A DNA stretch of 64,000 nucleotides from Takakia lepidozioides (lineage: Eukaryota; Plantae; Bryophyta). Positions 63,951-64,000 of the stretch are shown piece by piece (positions within the stretch are counted from its first letter, which is position 1; each line of letters starts with the position of its first letter). A program made the position numbers and the translations under genes. The stretch is taken from the NCBI GenBank assembly GCA_030704615.1, contig CM060731.1, positions 53,878,001-53,942,000 of the forward strand. The letters run 5' to 3'. The notes under the pieces were generated by a model. It did no database searches, was not told where the DNA came from, and saw only the letters and a list, made by a program, of their open reading frames with translations.

Positions 63951-64000
63951 CAGAGTCATTCTGATTACAACCGGTAACCAATCCATTCATTGGCTGCATT

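Noticed and set aside
62144-63999. Long minus-strand ORFs (356 and 449 aa)
   Set aside because: Antisense shadows of the stop-poor 195-bp repeat.

Overview
Repeat-rich eukaryotic nuclear DNA, most likely from a non-seed land plant (inferred from spliceosomal introns, PLS-type PPR motifs, a Tcn1-like chromovirus and a CRE-clade retroelement). Host genes: an intact PEX4/UBC21 (51597-53723), a frameshifted bulb-lectin/PAN gene, a broken DExH helicase and a PPR-derived 195-bp tandem array. Most of the window is nested transposons: a LINE remnant interrupted by an 11.7-kb piggyBac (1308-13019), a Copia containing a 13-kb Gypsy, a chromovirus, a CRE element, CACTA and hAT-like MITEs and a SINE. The standout is a 7.3-kb DNA element (2238-9529) nested in the piggyBac, with a 9-bp TSD and imperfect TIRs. 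It carries a SWIM-finger gene head-to-head with an intron-containing gene that appears to fuse a ParB/Srx-like domain to a beta-class N6-adenine/N4-cytosine DNA methyltransferase, plus an array of spaced palindromes. A deleted relative (16549-18779) and a second ParB-like gene start with its own palindrome array (60456-62305) suggest a family of methyltransferase-carrying plant transposons. All copies here are decayed. All protein assignments are by-eye motif recognition, not database searches.
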